Positions 1-10,513 of a stretch of 64,000 nucleotides of DNA are shown one piece after another. The notes below the pieces were generated by a model. The model was given only the letters and a program-made list of their open reading frames with translations. It was not told the DNA's origin and made no database searches. Positions within the stretch are counted from its first letter, which is position 1; every line of letters starts with the position of its first letter. This DNA is from Arenicellales bacterium (GTDB lineage: Bacteria; Pseudomonadota; Gammaproteobacteria; Arenicellales; JAJDZL01), in assembly GCA_963663095.2 (NCBI GenBank), contig CAXXJB010000001.1, forward strand, positions 1,596,417 through 1,660,416, written 5' to 3'. Made by a program: the position numbers and the translations under genes.

Positions 1-1
1 A

Positions 2-2125
2 GTCGGCAATAGTCAAAGATTCGGTGTACCGATGGCGTATGGCGGCCCGCATGCGGCCTTTCTGGCGACTCGCTCGCAGTATCGCAGAACAATTCCCGGT
101 CGCCTGATCGGCGTATCAGTCGACTCACGCGGCAAACCCGCACTTCGTATGGCTTTGCAGACGCGCGAGCAGCACATTCGCCGAGACAAGGCGACCAGTA
201 ACATCTGCACCGCTCAAGTATTGCTGGCGGTAGTTGCTGGCATGTATGCTGTCTATCATGGTCCTGACGGCCTGAAAGCCATCGCCGCGAAAGTTCATCG
301 ATTCATTCAGATTGCAGCGGAGGGAATTCGTCGGCTCGGTTACGAAACGGTGCACGACAGCTACTTTGACACCATCACCATAAGTGCACATGGTCAAGCC
401 CGTCGTATCGCAGCACGCGCTCGCGAAATTCGAATCAACCTGCGTGTTGTCAATGCCGATCAGCTGGGAATATCGTTTGACGAAACGACAAAACGGGTAC
501 ATTTGGAACGTCTGTGGAGTATTTTCGACACCCGCGCCAATTCCAGATTCACCATTGACGAGATCGATGCCGAAATAGAGGATTCCATACCGCAGGAATT
601 GAGGCGGTCCAGTGCGTTCATGACTCACCCGTTTTTCAGTCAGTATCACTCCGAAACACTCATGCTTCGCTTCATCCGTCAGCTTGGCAGCAAAGACATT
701 GCGTTGAACCGATCCATGATTCCGTTGGGTTCATGTACGATGAAACTTAACTCGACAACGGAAATGACCCCGGTTACCTTTCATAAATTCAGTGCGATTC
801 ATCCATTCGCACCGCTGGACCAGACGCAGGGATATCACCAGTTGGTCGAAGAGCTGGAATCCATGCTCTGCGAAATAACCGGATTCAGCGCAATCTCGTT
901 TCAACCCAATGCCGGCTCACAGGGTGAATATGCTGGACTGTTGGTTATCAAGCGCTATCTGGAAGAGCAGCGACAAGGCCACCGAAATATCTGCCTGATT
1001 CCGCAATCTGCACACGGTACGAATCCCGCCAGTGCCGCTTTGGCTGGAATGCGCATTGTTGTTGTGAAGTGCGATGATCAAGGCAATGTGAAGGTCTCCG
1101 ATTTAGCTGAAAAGCTGAAGAAATACAGTGGTGAAGTAGCGGCTTTGATGATCACTTACCCTTCGACACATGGAGTATTTGAAGAGGCGATTGCAGATAT
1201 TTGCGACATGGTTCATCAACACGGTGCACAGGTCTATCTGGATGGCGCAAATATGAACGCCATGGTCGGAATCGCGCGCCCTGCGGACATCGGTGCGGAT
1301 GTTGCGCATTTGAATCTTCATAAGACATTTTGCATACCACATGGCGGCGGCGGCCCAGGGGTCGGTCCCATCGGAGTCAAACCGCATCTTGCGCCTTATC
1401 TGCCGGATCATGTTGTCGTCGAAGGTGTCAATCCTTACGCCAGTCATAAACCGACAGTCGGTACCGTCTCCGCAGCGCCTTGGGGTTCTGCCGGTATTTT
1501 GCCGATTTCCTGGGCTTACATTTCATTGATGGGTGCCGAAGGACTGAAGTTCGCCACCCAAGTTGCCATTCTGAATGCAAATTACATGGCGACAAGACTG
1601 GACTCCCACTTTCCGATCCTATACAAGGGAAGAAATGACCGGGTGGCCCATGAATGCATTGTCGATCTGCGGCAAATCAAAAAGTCTACGGGTATCACGG
1701 TTGAGGACATCGCAAAACGACTGATCGATTTTGGGTTCCATGCGCCAACGGTTTCGTTTCCAGTGGCCGATACCATGATGATTGAACCAACCGAAAGCGA
1801 AGCCATGCGTGAAATCGATCGCTTCTGCGATGCGCTGATTGCAATTCGGCACGAGATCGACGATGTTGAATCCGGTAAGCTCGACCCAGACAACAATCCT
1901 TTGAAGAATGCACCGCACACATTCGACCTGCTTGTTCAGGATGATTGGAAATTACCTTACTCGAGGCAACAGGCGTTCTTTCCATTGGAGTGGGTATGGA
2001 ACGACAAGTACTGGCCGCCAGTCGGCAGAATTGACAATGTTCACGGCGACCGCGAATTGGTTTGTAGTTGTCCTCCAATTTCTGCTTGGACTGATGATGA
2101 GGCAGACCAGTCTGAAGCAGCTTAG
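2..2125 (+). CDS. gcvP: glycine dehydrogenase (decarboxylating) P-protein, 5'-truncated by the window edge
   Basis: The frame is open from nt 2 with no start, so the gene begins upstream. The translation shows GcvP hallmarks: ...[18 protein letters not shown]..., [11 protein letters not shown], and the PLP-site context [19 protein letters not shown]. Stop TAG at 2123-2125. Confidence 0.95.
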   Translation, partial: VGNSQRFGVPMAYGGPHAAFLATRSQYRRTIPGRLIGVSVDSRGKPALRMALQTREQHIRRDKATSNICTAQVLLAVVAGMYAVYHGPDGLKAIAAKVHRFIQIAAEGIRRLGYETVHDSYFDTITISAHGQARRIAARAREIRINLRVVNADQLGISFDETTKRVHLERLWSIFDTRANSRFTIDEIDAEIEDSIPQELRRSSAFMTHPFFSQYHSETLMLRFIRQLGSKDIALNRSMIPLGSCTMKLNSTTEMTPVTFHKFSAIHPFAPLDQTQGYHQLVEELESMLCEITGFSAISFQPNAGSQGEYAGLLVIKRYLEEQRQGHRNICLIPQSAHGTNPASAALAGMRIVVVKCDDQGNVKVSDLAEKLKKYSGEVAALMITYPSTHGVFEEAIADICDMVHQHGAQVYLDGANMNAMVGIARPADIGADVAHLNLHKTFCIPHGGGGPGVGPIGVKPHLAPYLPDHVVVEGVNPYASHKPTVGTVSAAPWGSAGILPISWAYISLMGAEGLKFATQVAILNANYMATRLDSHFPILYKGRNDRVAHECIVDLRQIKKSTGITVEDIAKRLIDFGFHAPTVSFPVADTMMIEPTESEAMREIDRFCDALIAIRHEIDDVESGKLDPDNNPLKNAPHTFDLLVQDDWKLPYSRQQAFFPLEWVWNDKYWPPVGRIDNVHGDRELVCSCPPISAWTDDEADQSEAA

Positions 2126-2408
2126 TCCACTAATCAGGTGATTGATGGATCACAGAAAGTAGTTCTTTTTTCTTGATGTTTCCGAATCCTGAGGGCTCGG
2201 CTTTGTCACAGACGAGTGATCGATTGGATTGATTGAGCAAATTTACTGCGACTCACTATAGCAAGTTCAGAAAAATTGCATTTAAATATAGAGTTTTTAG
2301 CAATTTTTCACTATTATTTCGTGCAGATGGGTTGAAGGGCTTTTTGATTCTGTCAATGCCTTTCCACTTTTTAATATCAAATCAATCATTCGGAGGAGTT
2401 ATTTCATC

Positions 2409-3503
2409 ATGGAACGTAGAAAATTTCTCAAAACTGGTGCCCTCGCGGGTACTGCAGCGGCAGCCGGTACACTGGCGGCACCTGCAATTTCCATGGGGCA
2501 CAAGGAGTTCAAGTTGGTCACCTCATGGCCTAAGAATTTCCCGGGCCTTGGCACTGCGGCGCAGCGTTTCGCCGACCGGGTCACCAATATGTCTGATGGC
2601 AAGATGACTGTCAAGGTATTTGCCGGTGGCGAACTTGTGCATCCGTTGAAATGCCACGACGCGGTTCAGGAAGGAACTGTCGACATGTATCATTCGGCGG
2701 AGTATTACTATCAAGGCAAGGCACTTGCATATTCGTTTTTTGCGTCCGTGCCGTTCGGTCTGATTCCGGCAGAAATAGATGCCTGGATTCATCATGGCGG
2801 TGGTCAGGAACTGTGGGACGAAATCGGTGCTGAATTTGGTGTCAAACATTTCGCTTGCGGAAATTCCGGCTCGCAAATGGGTGGCTGGTTCAAGCAACCG
2901 GTGACTTCGGCAGAAGACTTCAAGGGCCTGAAAATGCGTATGCCTGGTCTCGGTGGTCGCGTCATCGACGCCATGGGCGGCTCATCGGTCACACTTGCCG
3001 GATCGGAAATCATGCCAGCACTTCAGGCGGGCACCATTGATGCCACCGAGTGGGTCGGTCCCTGGAACGATCTGGCGTTCGGTTTCTACAAGGTGGTTAA
3101 GTTCTATCACTATCCTGGATTTCATGAAACAGGCACAGTGCTTAGTTTCGGGATGAACAAGGGTGTATGGGACGGATTGTCAGCAGCGGAACAGGCGATC
3201 ATTGAAAACGCTGCCACAGCGGAAAACAATTATGACCTGGCTGAATTCAATGCCAATAACGCATCCGCTTTGGACACTTTGCTCACCCAGCATGGTGTTG
3301 AGCTGGTGGAATTTTCCGACGAGGTGTTCACCACCATGGGCGAGGCCGCTCGTGATGTTCTATCCACGGTTGGAAATACTGACCCGTCGACCAGGAAGGT
3401 TTATGACAGTTTCATGGCTTTCCGGAAGGATGTAATCGGGTGGTCCAAGTTGTCTGACCAGACTTACATGAACAAACGTGCACTGGTGAACTTCCATTCA
3501 TGA
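2409..3503 (+). CDS. dctP: TRAP transporter substrate-binding protein (DctP family), Tat-type signal peptide
   Basis: N-terminus MERRKFLKTGALAGTAAAAGTLAAPAIS looks like a twin-arginine signal. A GGAGG-like SD lies upstream. The body is DctP-like, and DctQ/DctM genes follow. Confidence 0.85.
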   Translation: MERRKFLKTGALAGTAAAAGTLAAPAISMGHKEFKLVTSWPKNFPGLGTAAQRFADRVTNMSDGKMTVKVFAGGELVHPLKCHDAVQEGTVDMYHSAEYYYQGKALAYSFFASVPFGLIPAEIDAWIHHGGGQELWDEIGAEFGVKHFACGNSGSQMGGWFKQPVTSAEDFKGLKMRMPGLGGRVIDAMGGSSVTLAGSEIMPALQAGTIDATEWVGPWNDLAFGFYKVVKFYHYPGFHETGTVLSFGMNKGVWDGLSAAEQAIIENAATAENNYDLAEFNANNASALDTLLTQHGVELVEFSDEVFTTMGEAARDVLSTVGNTDPSTRKVYDSFMAFRKDVIGWSKLSDQTYMNKRALVNFHS

Positions 3504-3533
3504 TCGTTGTTTGATCAATTGTGGTCAGATCAG

Positions 3534-3573
3534 ATGAATCCGCTCCATAATATTGGAGCGGATTCATTTTTTT
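3534..3573 (+). terminator. Rho-independent terminator/attenuator between dctP and dctQ
   Basis: Perfect 13-bp stem ATGAATCCGCTCC / GGAGCGGATTCAT with an 8-nt loop (ATAATATT), followed directly by TTTTTT. Confidence 0.7.
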
Positions 3574-3717
3574 GAAGACGATTACAAGATCGCTTCAGGG
3601 TTGGTCCTTAAAATGCAGTGTTGAAGAAAGAGAGGACTAACCTGTGAAGACGGCGAACCATCGATTGTTTGTGATGTGGTGACAAAAGTCATTGATACGT
3701 AACTGTGGCAGTTTCCC

Positions 3718-4458
3718 GTGAATATTGACTTCATTGAACTTTGGCACTCACTGGAACGCTTGCCGCTTCTATTCAGCATTACGGTCTATCTGCTGGTTTT
3801 GGCAACCGTCGCTGCTTTCTTTGCTATTCCCGTCGTGCTGATGTTTCGCTCTGAGCCACATCAGATCATTCGTAGCTTTCACGCGGACAGAGACGCTGCG
3901 AAATCGATGGACGGCTACCGAAGTGTGTTGCGTTCGGTGGCTTCCTGCCTGACTCTTTTCAATACCGTGATTGGTCGATTCGCTGCATGGCTGGTACTGT
4001 TCATGACGTTGATGCAGTTTGTGGTTGTAATCATGCGCTACGTATTCGCCTATGGATCTATTCAGATGCAGGAATCAATCTGGTACATGCATGGTCTTCT
4101 TTTCATGCTTGGTGCCGGTTATACACTGGCGAAAGAAGGACACGTCCGGCTTGATGTCTTTTACCGTGAGGCGAAGGAACGAACCAAAGCCTGGATCAAT
4201 TTGGTGGGCTCATCGGTTTTTCTGCTGCCTTTCTGTATTGTAAATTTCGACTTTGCGTGGTCTTTGGTTCGCAATTCGTGGGCGGTCCGGGAGGGCTCGA
4301 CCGAAACGGTGGGACTCCAATATATCTATCTGTTCAAAACGGTGATCCTCGTATTCTCGGTTTTACTCGTCATTGAAGGTATTTCTTTGGCGATCCGCAG
4401 TATTCTGCAACTCACAGATCCGTCCGATGAGTCGCTTCGACAGCAGGCACAGGAATGA
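3718..4458 (+). CDS. dctQ: TRAP transporter small permease (DctQ family)
   Basis: Hydrophobic protein whose DctQ-like core is ...FAAWLVLFMTLMQFVVVIMRYVF...EGHVRLDVFY. Its stop overlaps the dctM start by 4 nt. The start is uncertain: GTG at 3718, with internal ATGs downstream. Confidence 0.75.
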   Translation: MNIDFIELWHSLERLPLLFSITVYLLVLATVAAFFAIPVVLMFRSEPHQIIRSFHADRDAAKSMDGYRSVLRSVASCLTLFNTVIGRFAAWLVLFMTLMQFVVVIMRYVFAYGSIQMQESIWYMHGLLFMLGAGYTLAKEGHVRLDVFYREAKERTKAWINLVGSSVFLLPFCIVNFDFAWSLVRNSWAVREGSTETVGLQYIYLFKTVILVFSVLLVIEGISLAIRSILQLTDPSDESLRQQAQE

Positions 4459-6083
4459 TTGAGTTTATTACGACACCTGAATTTCTGTGTGCGGCGCTGT
4501 TTGTCTCGGTGATCATTCTTTTGCTGTTCGGTTTTCCAGTGGCATTCAGTCTGGCGGGTGCCTCAATGCTTTTCGCATTTATTGCCGCTGCGTTCGGATT
4601 ATTTGATCTTGCCTATATTTCCGCCTTACCGCAAAGAATATTCTCCATCATGCGCAACGAGGTCCTGGTCGCTGTACCCCTTTTTGTATTCATGGGGGTC
4701 ACACTGGAAAAATCGAAAATTGCCGAAGAACTTCTGGACAACATGGGCAAGTTGTTTGGCAGTATAAGAGGTGGACTGGGATATTCGGTATGTATAGTCG
4801 GCGCATTGCTCGCTGCCTCGACCGGTATCGTCGGTGCGACCGTTGTTACCATGGGTTTGCTGTCCCTGCCGACGATGCTTCGTCGCGGTTATAACCCTTC
4901 GCTCGCCTGTGGATCAATCTGCGCTTCAGGCACGCTCGGTCAGGTCATACCACCCTCAATTGTACTGGTTCTACTGGGGGATCAGTTGTCAACCGCATTT
5001 CAGCAGGCGCAGTTTTCAATGGGGAATTTCTCACCTGACGCACTGTCCGTCAACGATCTGTTTGCGGGTGCCCTGATTCCCGGTCTGGTGCTAGTTGGCA
5101 TGTATATCGTCTACCAGATCATCATTGCGATCACCCGCCCGGAATCCTGTCCTGCGATCCCGCGCGACGAGGTCAGGACGGAAGACGGCAAATCCATGTT
5201 GAGAACAATGGTATCTACATTGTTTGCGCCATTGGCTCTGATTGTAGCCGTGCTAGGTTCGATTCTGGCCGGACTTGCCTCTCCGACGGAGTCCGCTGCC
5301 ATGGGAGGAACCGGTGCGCTGATGATGGCCGGCTACAGAGTAGCTCCCAGACGCGGGCGTCTGATCGTCATCGGTGGGATTTGTCTCGCTATCATGCTGT
5401 TGATCACAGTTCTGTTTGATCTTCGCATGCAAAGAGAGACACTGACCACGCTGGAATGGGCAGCTGTCTTTGTGGCATTGGTTTGTGCAGTCGGTCTGGT
5501 CCTGGGAATATTCACTGCCATACTGCGCGTGTATGGCACGCGTGATCAACAGGGTGAATCCATTCTGCCGCAAATCATGCAGCAGACCTTGATCGTGTCG
5601 ACCATGGTGTTCGTGATCCTGATCGGAGCATCCATGTTCTCGCTTGTGTTTCGGGGACTGAACGGTGATGAGGTTGTTGAGTCTGTGTTGCACAATTTGC
5701 CTGGCGGAACGCTGACTGTACTGCTTTTGATCATGCTGGTGATGTTCCTGCTGGGATTCATTCTCGACTTTTTGGAAATTATTTTTATCGTCGTGCCGAT
5801 CGTGGGCCCGGTACTGCTTCAGATGGAGGTCGCACCCGGTGTGCCAATGAGTCCGGTGTGGTTGGGCGTGATGATGGCGGTCAACCTTCAGACCTCATTT
5901 CTGACACCACCATTTGGATTCTCGCTCTTCTATCTTCGCGGCGTGGCACCTTCGACCATCCAGACAATGCAGATCTACAAAGGCGTGATCCCCTTTGTGC
6001 TGATACAGTTGTCGATGCTGGTGGTGCTTTGGTTTTTCCCGGCACTTGCTACATGGTTGCCAAGTGCGATATACGGGCCTTAG
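4455..6083 (+). CDS. dctM: TRAP transporter large permease (DctM family)
   Basis: 542-aa polytopic membrane protein in the typical DctM position, coupled to dctQ by an ATGA overlap. Confidence 0.9.
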   Translation: MIEFITTPEFLCAALFVSVIILLLFGFPVAFSLAGASMLFAFIAAAFGLFDLAYISALPQRIFSIMRNEVLVAVPLFVFMGVTLEKSKIAEELLDNMGKLFGSIRGGLGYSVCIVGALLAASTGIVGATVVTMGLLSLPTMLRRGYNPSLACGSICASGTLGQVIPPSIVLVLLGDQLSTAFQQAQFSMGNFSPDALSVNDLFAGALIPGLVLVGMYIVYQIIIAITRPESCPAIPRDEVRTEDGKSMLRTMVSTLFAPLALIVAVLGSILAGLASPTESAAMGGTGALMMAGYRVAPRRGRLIVIGGICLAIMLLITVLFDLRMQRETLTTLEWAAVFVALVCAVGLVLGIFTAILRVYGTRDQQGESILPQIMQQTLIVSTMVFVILIGASMFSLVFRGLNGDEVVESVLHNLPGGTLTVLLLIMLVMFLLGFILDFLEIIFIVVPIVGPVLLQMEVAPGVPMSPVWLGVMMAVNLQTSFLTPPFGFSLFYLRGVAPSTIQTMQIYKGVIPFVLIQLSMLVVLWFFPALATWLPSAIYGP

Positions 6084-6514
6084 CCCATCGTCAATCAAAC
6101 CGATGTATCTATGATCCCTAATGAATTAAATCGGCGGAATACAAAATTAAGGGAATAATGGATTGGAGCTAGAATCGAAATCGTCCTGCCTTTCCGGCTG
6201 CAACACATCAATATCGAAACAGTTCAGGCGCGAAAGAAATTTTTAAGGTACACGGTGCAAACCGCAGCGACATCGCTCGCATGATCCTAGCCTGAGCAAT
6301 CTTGGGCATGTGACCCGTTGTTCCAGCTGCACCAGTTCCTAAGAGTTTGGAATTGGAACCCCACGGGAAATTGACTTGCCGTATCGAAAACTCTCTAAGA
6401 AGAAAGTTCTTTACATCAGTTCTCCCATATATTCGATTTACTGTAAACGAATCAATGGTTCTGACCACTCGTTATCGCCCGTGATGGGAAAACTTTCAGA
6501 CCATATATGCAGTT

Positions 6515-7099
6515 CTAAACGGGATCGTTAGGTGTACACTGCGAATGTCGGAAGCAGCTCACCAGATGATCATTCACCAAACCTGCTGCCTGCATAAACG
6601 AATAGCAGATGGTGCCGCCAACAAAGCTGAAACCTCGTTTTTTCAAATCCTTGCTCATCGAATCCGACAAGGCGGTATTCGTCGGCACCTGCAGCGGTGT
6701 TGACCAGTTGTTCTGAATGGGAGATCCATCAACAAAATCCCAGAAATACTGATCGAGATTTAATCCGGCCTCCTGCATGTCCAGACAAGCCTGTGAATTT
6801 TGGATAAATGCCCTGACCTTCAGCCGATTTCGCACGATTCCCGGATCATTGAGTAACGCCTGAACCTTATCGTCGCCATAGCGGGCGATTCGCTCGGGAT
6901 CAAAGTTGTCGAACACTTTTGTGTAGTGCGCTCTTTTGCGCAAAATGGTGATCCAGTTCAACCCGGCCTGTGCTCCTTCCAGACATAGCAATTCGAACAA
7001 TTTCCTGCTGTCATGCTCCGGATTGCCCCATTCCAGGTCGTGATATTCGCGGTTCAGCGGGTCATCCTCACACCACCAGCAACGTACCAAATCAGCCAT
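6515..7099 (-). CDS. tag: DNA-3-methyladenine glycosylase I
   Basis: Tag signature: CWWCEDDPLNREYHDLEWGNP...LCLEGAQAGLNWITILRKR. Confidence 0.9.
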   Translation of the reverse strand: MADLVRCWWCEDDPLNREYHDLEWGNPEHDSRKLFELLCLEGAQAGLNWITILRKRAHYTKVFDNFDPERIARYGDDKVQALLNDPGIVRNRLKVRAFIQNSQACLDMQEAGLNLDQYFWDFVDGSPIQNNWSTPLQVPTNTALSDSMSKDLKKRGFSFVGGTICYSFMQAAGLVNDHLVSCFRHSQCTPNDPV

Positions 7100-7498
7100 C
7101 GCAGCAACTCAGTAAAATCTTGATTTCAAGGTTCATCTTGTATATAGCGCCTTTCATAAATTACAGCGGATTGCAGAAATTCAGACTGTTGTATACAACA
7201 CTCGCACCACGTCCGCAATTGGTACCGCCTCGCTCCCCGCCAAGACGCGCGTCAACCATCTGTACCAAGCTCAACAGAGTCTAGTTTCACACCATATATC
7301 CTTTACTTATCAATTACTTGTGTTGATTCATTTATACGGTCGAACATGCTTGTGATCAGTGGTAATTGGGAATTGTCTTGAGTGGCAAAATATCTGTGAT
7401 GCGTCTATTGAGGTGGATTCGAGGCTGGGTGATGATTTTTCGTTCACGGTAATTTTGTACTCAGCTTTTTCTGAACTGAGCGTTGCATTCAGTCAATA

Positions 7499-8587
7499 TC
7501 ACGGTGCATTATGCCCTTTGAGCTGGTCAACTGAACGATCAATCCCTTCCGACAGCTCCGTGTAAATATCGCAGAGCTGTCGCCAAGCGCGCTCTGGGAT
7601 GGCAACAACTCCATTACGGAGCCTTTTGTGATTTCGCGCGCGCTGACCTGGAATTTCAACACGTTCAAATCCTGGTGCTGGCGGACATCCACGAACTTCA
7701 GTCAATATTGCTTCGACAGCTTTTGAGTATGCTGAACTCGACTGCATTGCCTCAGTATCTAACGTGATAATCAACCAGTTTCCTTCGGTTTTTGGCTCTC
7801 CCAGTAAGGCGTCTGCAACGATCTCACCAACCAGACCGAGCCCATAGCCTTTGTGTTCACCCGCAGGAAGAATGGCACCACCATTAAAGTAATCCTCTGG
7901 ATCCGTGGTTGGATTTCCTTCGCAATCAATAAGATATCCTTCGGGTAGACGTGCTCCAGCTAAACGCGCAGCATATACCCAGCCGCCTGCAATCTTTGAG
8001 GTTGCAAAATCAACCACCACCGGATCTTCATTTCCACCCGGCATCCCAATGGCCCAAGGATTGCTTGGAAACAGGGCCTTGGCACCACCATACGGTGCAA
8101 CCTGTCGCCACAGCTGTCGGTTACCACCTCCAATACAGATTGTCATAAATCCTTTTTCCGCAGCATCATCTGCATAAGCACCTATTCGTCCAGTATGGCC
8201 GACATTACGAACAGCAACGACTGATACACCTTTTTTTCTCGCCTGCAGCATACCTCGTTCGTAGGCTAATTCCATGGCTGGAATTCCGACACCTCCACCT
8301 CCATCGACAGCTTCCCAGCCATTGTCACAGTTCACTATCTTCGGAGTTGCGTCAGGTTTCATAAATCCCGATTGAAACTGCTTCGTATACTCTAAAGCGC
8401 GCATGACCCCGTGGCTTTCCACCCCACTGAGGCTGGAATCAATTAAATGGTTGGAGACTGAATTCGCAATCTCTTCCTCACAACCAAGAAGTCTAAATAT
8501 CGCAGAAATTTTGGTGAACGCATCATCTCTAGAAACTTCAACCCGGTCGCACACAAGTTGAAACTTGGCAGAAGGGTTCTTCATCAA
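7499..8587 (-). CDS. Ldh2-family (malate/L-lactate/ureidoglycolate-type) NAD(P)H-dependent dehydrogenase
   Basis: 362 aa with Ldh_2-family features: ...SGVESHGVMRALEYTK..., NVGHTGRIGAYAD. Substrate not inferable. Confidence 0.8.
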   Translation of the reverse strand: MMKNPSAKFQLVCDRVEVSRDDAFTKISAIFRLLGCEEEIANSVSNHLIDSSLSGVESHGVMRALEYTKQFQSGFMKPDATPKIVNCDNGWEAVDGGGGVGIPAMELAYERGMLQARKKGVSVVAVRNVGHTGRIGAYADDAAEKGFMTICIGGGNRQLWRQVAPYGGAKALFPSNPWAIGMPGGNEDPVVVDFATSKIAGGWVYAARLAGARLPEGYLIDCEGNPTTDPEDYFNGGAILPAGEHKGYGLGLVGEIVADALLGEPKTEGNWLIITLDTEAMQSSSAYSKAVEAILTEVRGCPPAPGFERVEIPGQRARNHKRLRNGVVAIPERAWRQLCDIYTELSEGIDRSVDQLKGHNAP

Positions 8588-8733
8588 TCAGGCTCCCCCA
8601 TAATACATTTGGTTTTGTGGTGTGAATGTTCCGGAATCTTTTTGTCCTGACAACCGATGATTAGTGCCTGCGGGACAATTCAGCGTCGAACTGTATCCTG
8701 CAACGGGTTCAGGCTGATGTGACTGGTCGACAG

Positions 8734-9400
8734 TCAAATCGACTTGGTCTGCATGAAACAGTGCATCCCTTCCCTGCCGTTTTCCCGTCCATAACCGAAT
8801 TGTTCAAAACCGGCCACCGATGACTGTATTGCTGCATTGAAGTAATAGTTCATATATACCGCCCCTCACTCAATCTTGTCTGCAATGCACATCGCCTGTG
8901 TAACTTTACGCGACCATATCCCAGTTGCGAGTTCGTGGTTTGAATCGTTGGCGATTCTTGTAACCTCCTCTTCGGGCTGTCACGATTCGGTAGATGCGAC
9001 TCGCCCAAACGCTTCATACTAGCACCAGATCTGTATCGCTCGGCACTTCCTGAAAATTTGCCGGGCCAATGTAGTAACGTTAATTCAATTATTCTGACTA
9101 CAATTAGCACAACAAATCAATTCAAAGGTGGAGACAATTGATTCCAATCTCGGGTTATGCAGACTGATGGTGTGTCGGTCACAATCAGACAATCCAGTTC
9201 AAAGTTAGCAGCCAGCTTGACGAATCCTATTCAGTCCGGCTCGTTCAAATCACCTGCGCAGACCCCAATCAAATTGGACCCGGAATAATTAAAGAGGATT
9301 TAAGCTTAGTCTATTCTGGTCAATTTCCGTCACGAAAGCAACCCGTCAAACTCGGATCCTACGCTCGGGTAGAGGTGGAAGACAAATTTGCGCATCAGGA
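8734..9400 (-). pseudogene. decayed, N-terminally truncated aldehyde dehydrogenase relic
   Basis: My minus-strand translation gives ...EAFGRVAS..., EEEVTRIANDSNHELATGIWSRKVTQAMCIADKIE*GAVYMNYY...AGFEQFGYGRENGREGMHCFMQTKSI*. This matches the conserved ALDH C-terminus (EEIFGPV..., EEAI.LAND..YGLAAG.W...IEAG.VWIN..., PFGG.K.SG.GRE.G..G...Y...K). It is broken by in-frame stops and frame changes. Upstream, SGSNLIGVCAGDLNEPD resembles GKSP.IVF.DADLD. The upper boundary is approximate. Confidence 0.5.
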
Positions 9401-9621
9401 TCCTTTCTCAATTGCCAACTATCATAAGTCCACATTTCAGGAGTTTTTCAGACATTGGCCAATGTTCTCAAAATAGACATAAGCAAGTCTGGCAAGCTGT
9501 ATTGACGATAGGAGCGATATTCAAATTTCGCTAGGCGGCAATGCCCACATTGAGTCTCATACGAATGAAAACTTGTGCGGAATGCAAAAAATTGCAGCTC
9601 TGGCTTTGCCAGCTTAGGTTA

Positions 9622-10296
9622 TCAGAACAGCGGCGCGTGAGCCGCTACCAGGGCAACCTGAATTTCCCGAATCAATTTGGTAGTTGCCTGACCGATAAGG
9701 TCGAGTCGGATGATTTGCTCGATTCTGGGACGCAATCGGGTGAGTTCTGCCTGACCGATCAGTGTTCGAAGCATATTGCTGGCATCCAACAGACATACCA
9801 GAACGATGTCTTCCTGATCGGGAATATCATCGCTGTACAGAAGATTCAACACTCGCCGCTTGCTTTCTCTTTCAACAGATTGGTCAATCGTGGGATAGGA
9901 TTCAGTCTTGACCAGCCACAATATCCGTTTCTCTGTTCTGCCTAAAATACCTCTTTCAATCAACCGGTTGATACTGCTTTCCAGGATTTCTGCACCTTCG
10001 TCGGCAATGGCGTTCACCCAGTACTTCAAGTCCTGATTGGTCGTGTTGCTGTCAATTTTAGTCAGTATGGCATCAAGGACGGGTTCGCCGGTTGGATCCT
10101 TATTGATGATGTAGAACGAATCTATATCGCTGTCTACCTTGTTTCTGATTGCCAATTCCATCAAAATTGCACCGGCAAGAACAAAATGCAGTGTCAATTG
10201 AGGAACCTGGATCAGAGTTCCTTTCTTTTCGTCCAACAGCAGAAGTAAAACTTCTTCTGCGAGGGTGATATTCCTATCTTCTGTTCTATCGTTCAA
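9622..10296 (-). CDS. GPP34/GOLPH3-family protein
   Basis: N-terminal LAEEVLLLLLDEKKGTLIQVP...LAGAILMELAIRNKV and an all-helical ~220-aa body match the bacterial GPP34 family pattern, judged from memory of the family consensus. Confidence 0.65.
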   Translation of the reverse strand: MNDRTEDRNITLAEEVLLLLLDEKKGTLIQVPQLTLHFVLAGAILMELAIRNKVDSDIDSFYIINKDPTGEPVLDAILTKIDSNTTNQDLKYWVNAIADEGAEILESSINRLIERGILGRTEKRILWLVKTESYPTIDQSVERESKRRVLNLLYSDDIPDQEDIVLVCLLDASNMLRTLIGQAELTRLRPRIEQIIRLDLIGQATTKLIREIQVALVAAHAPLF

Positions 10297-10513
10297 GATT
10301 CCAGTCCTTTTGAGATATCAATGTCAAATACATGCTACTTCCTGATGTTGAAACTCATTTTAAGTCGAATAAATACCCAAATGCAAATTTAGCATTTTCA
10401 CCGGTGATATTCTGCTGTTACTGTATTATTTTGACTGATTCAATTGGCGCAGTTTCAGCCAGACTGGATATTCCGGGCATCTATGATGATATTTTCGAGT
10501 TAGTCGGGCTAAA

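Noticed and set aside
6208-6468. 86-aa minus-strand ORF in the dctM-tag spacer; its ...GTGAAGTTGHMPKIAQARIMRAM... faintly resembles the C-terminus of alpha/beta hydrolases
   Set aside because: The resemblance is a short pattern only (GH.P plus spacing). There is no upstream catalytic region, so it is too weak to call either a gene or a relic.
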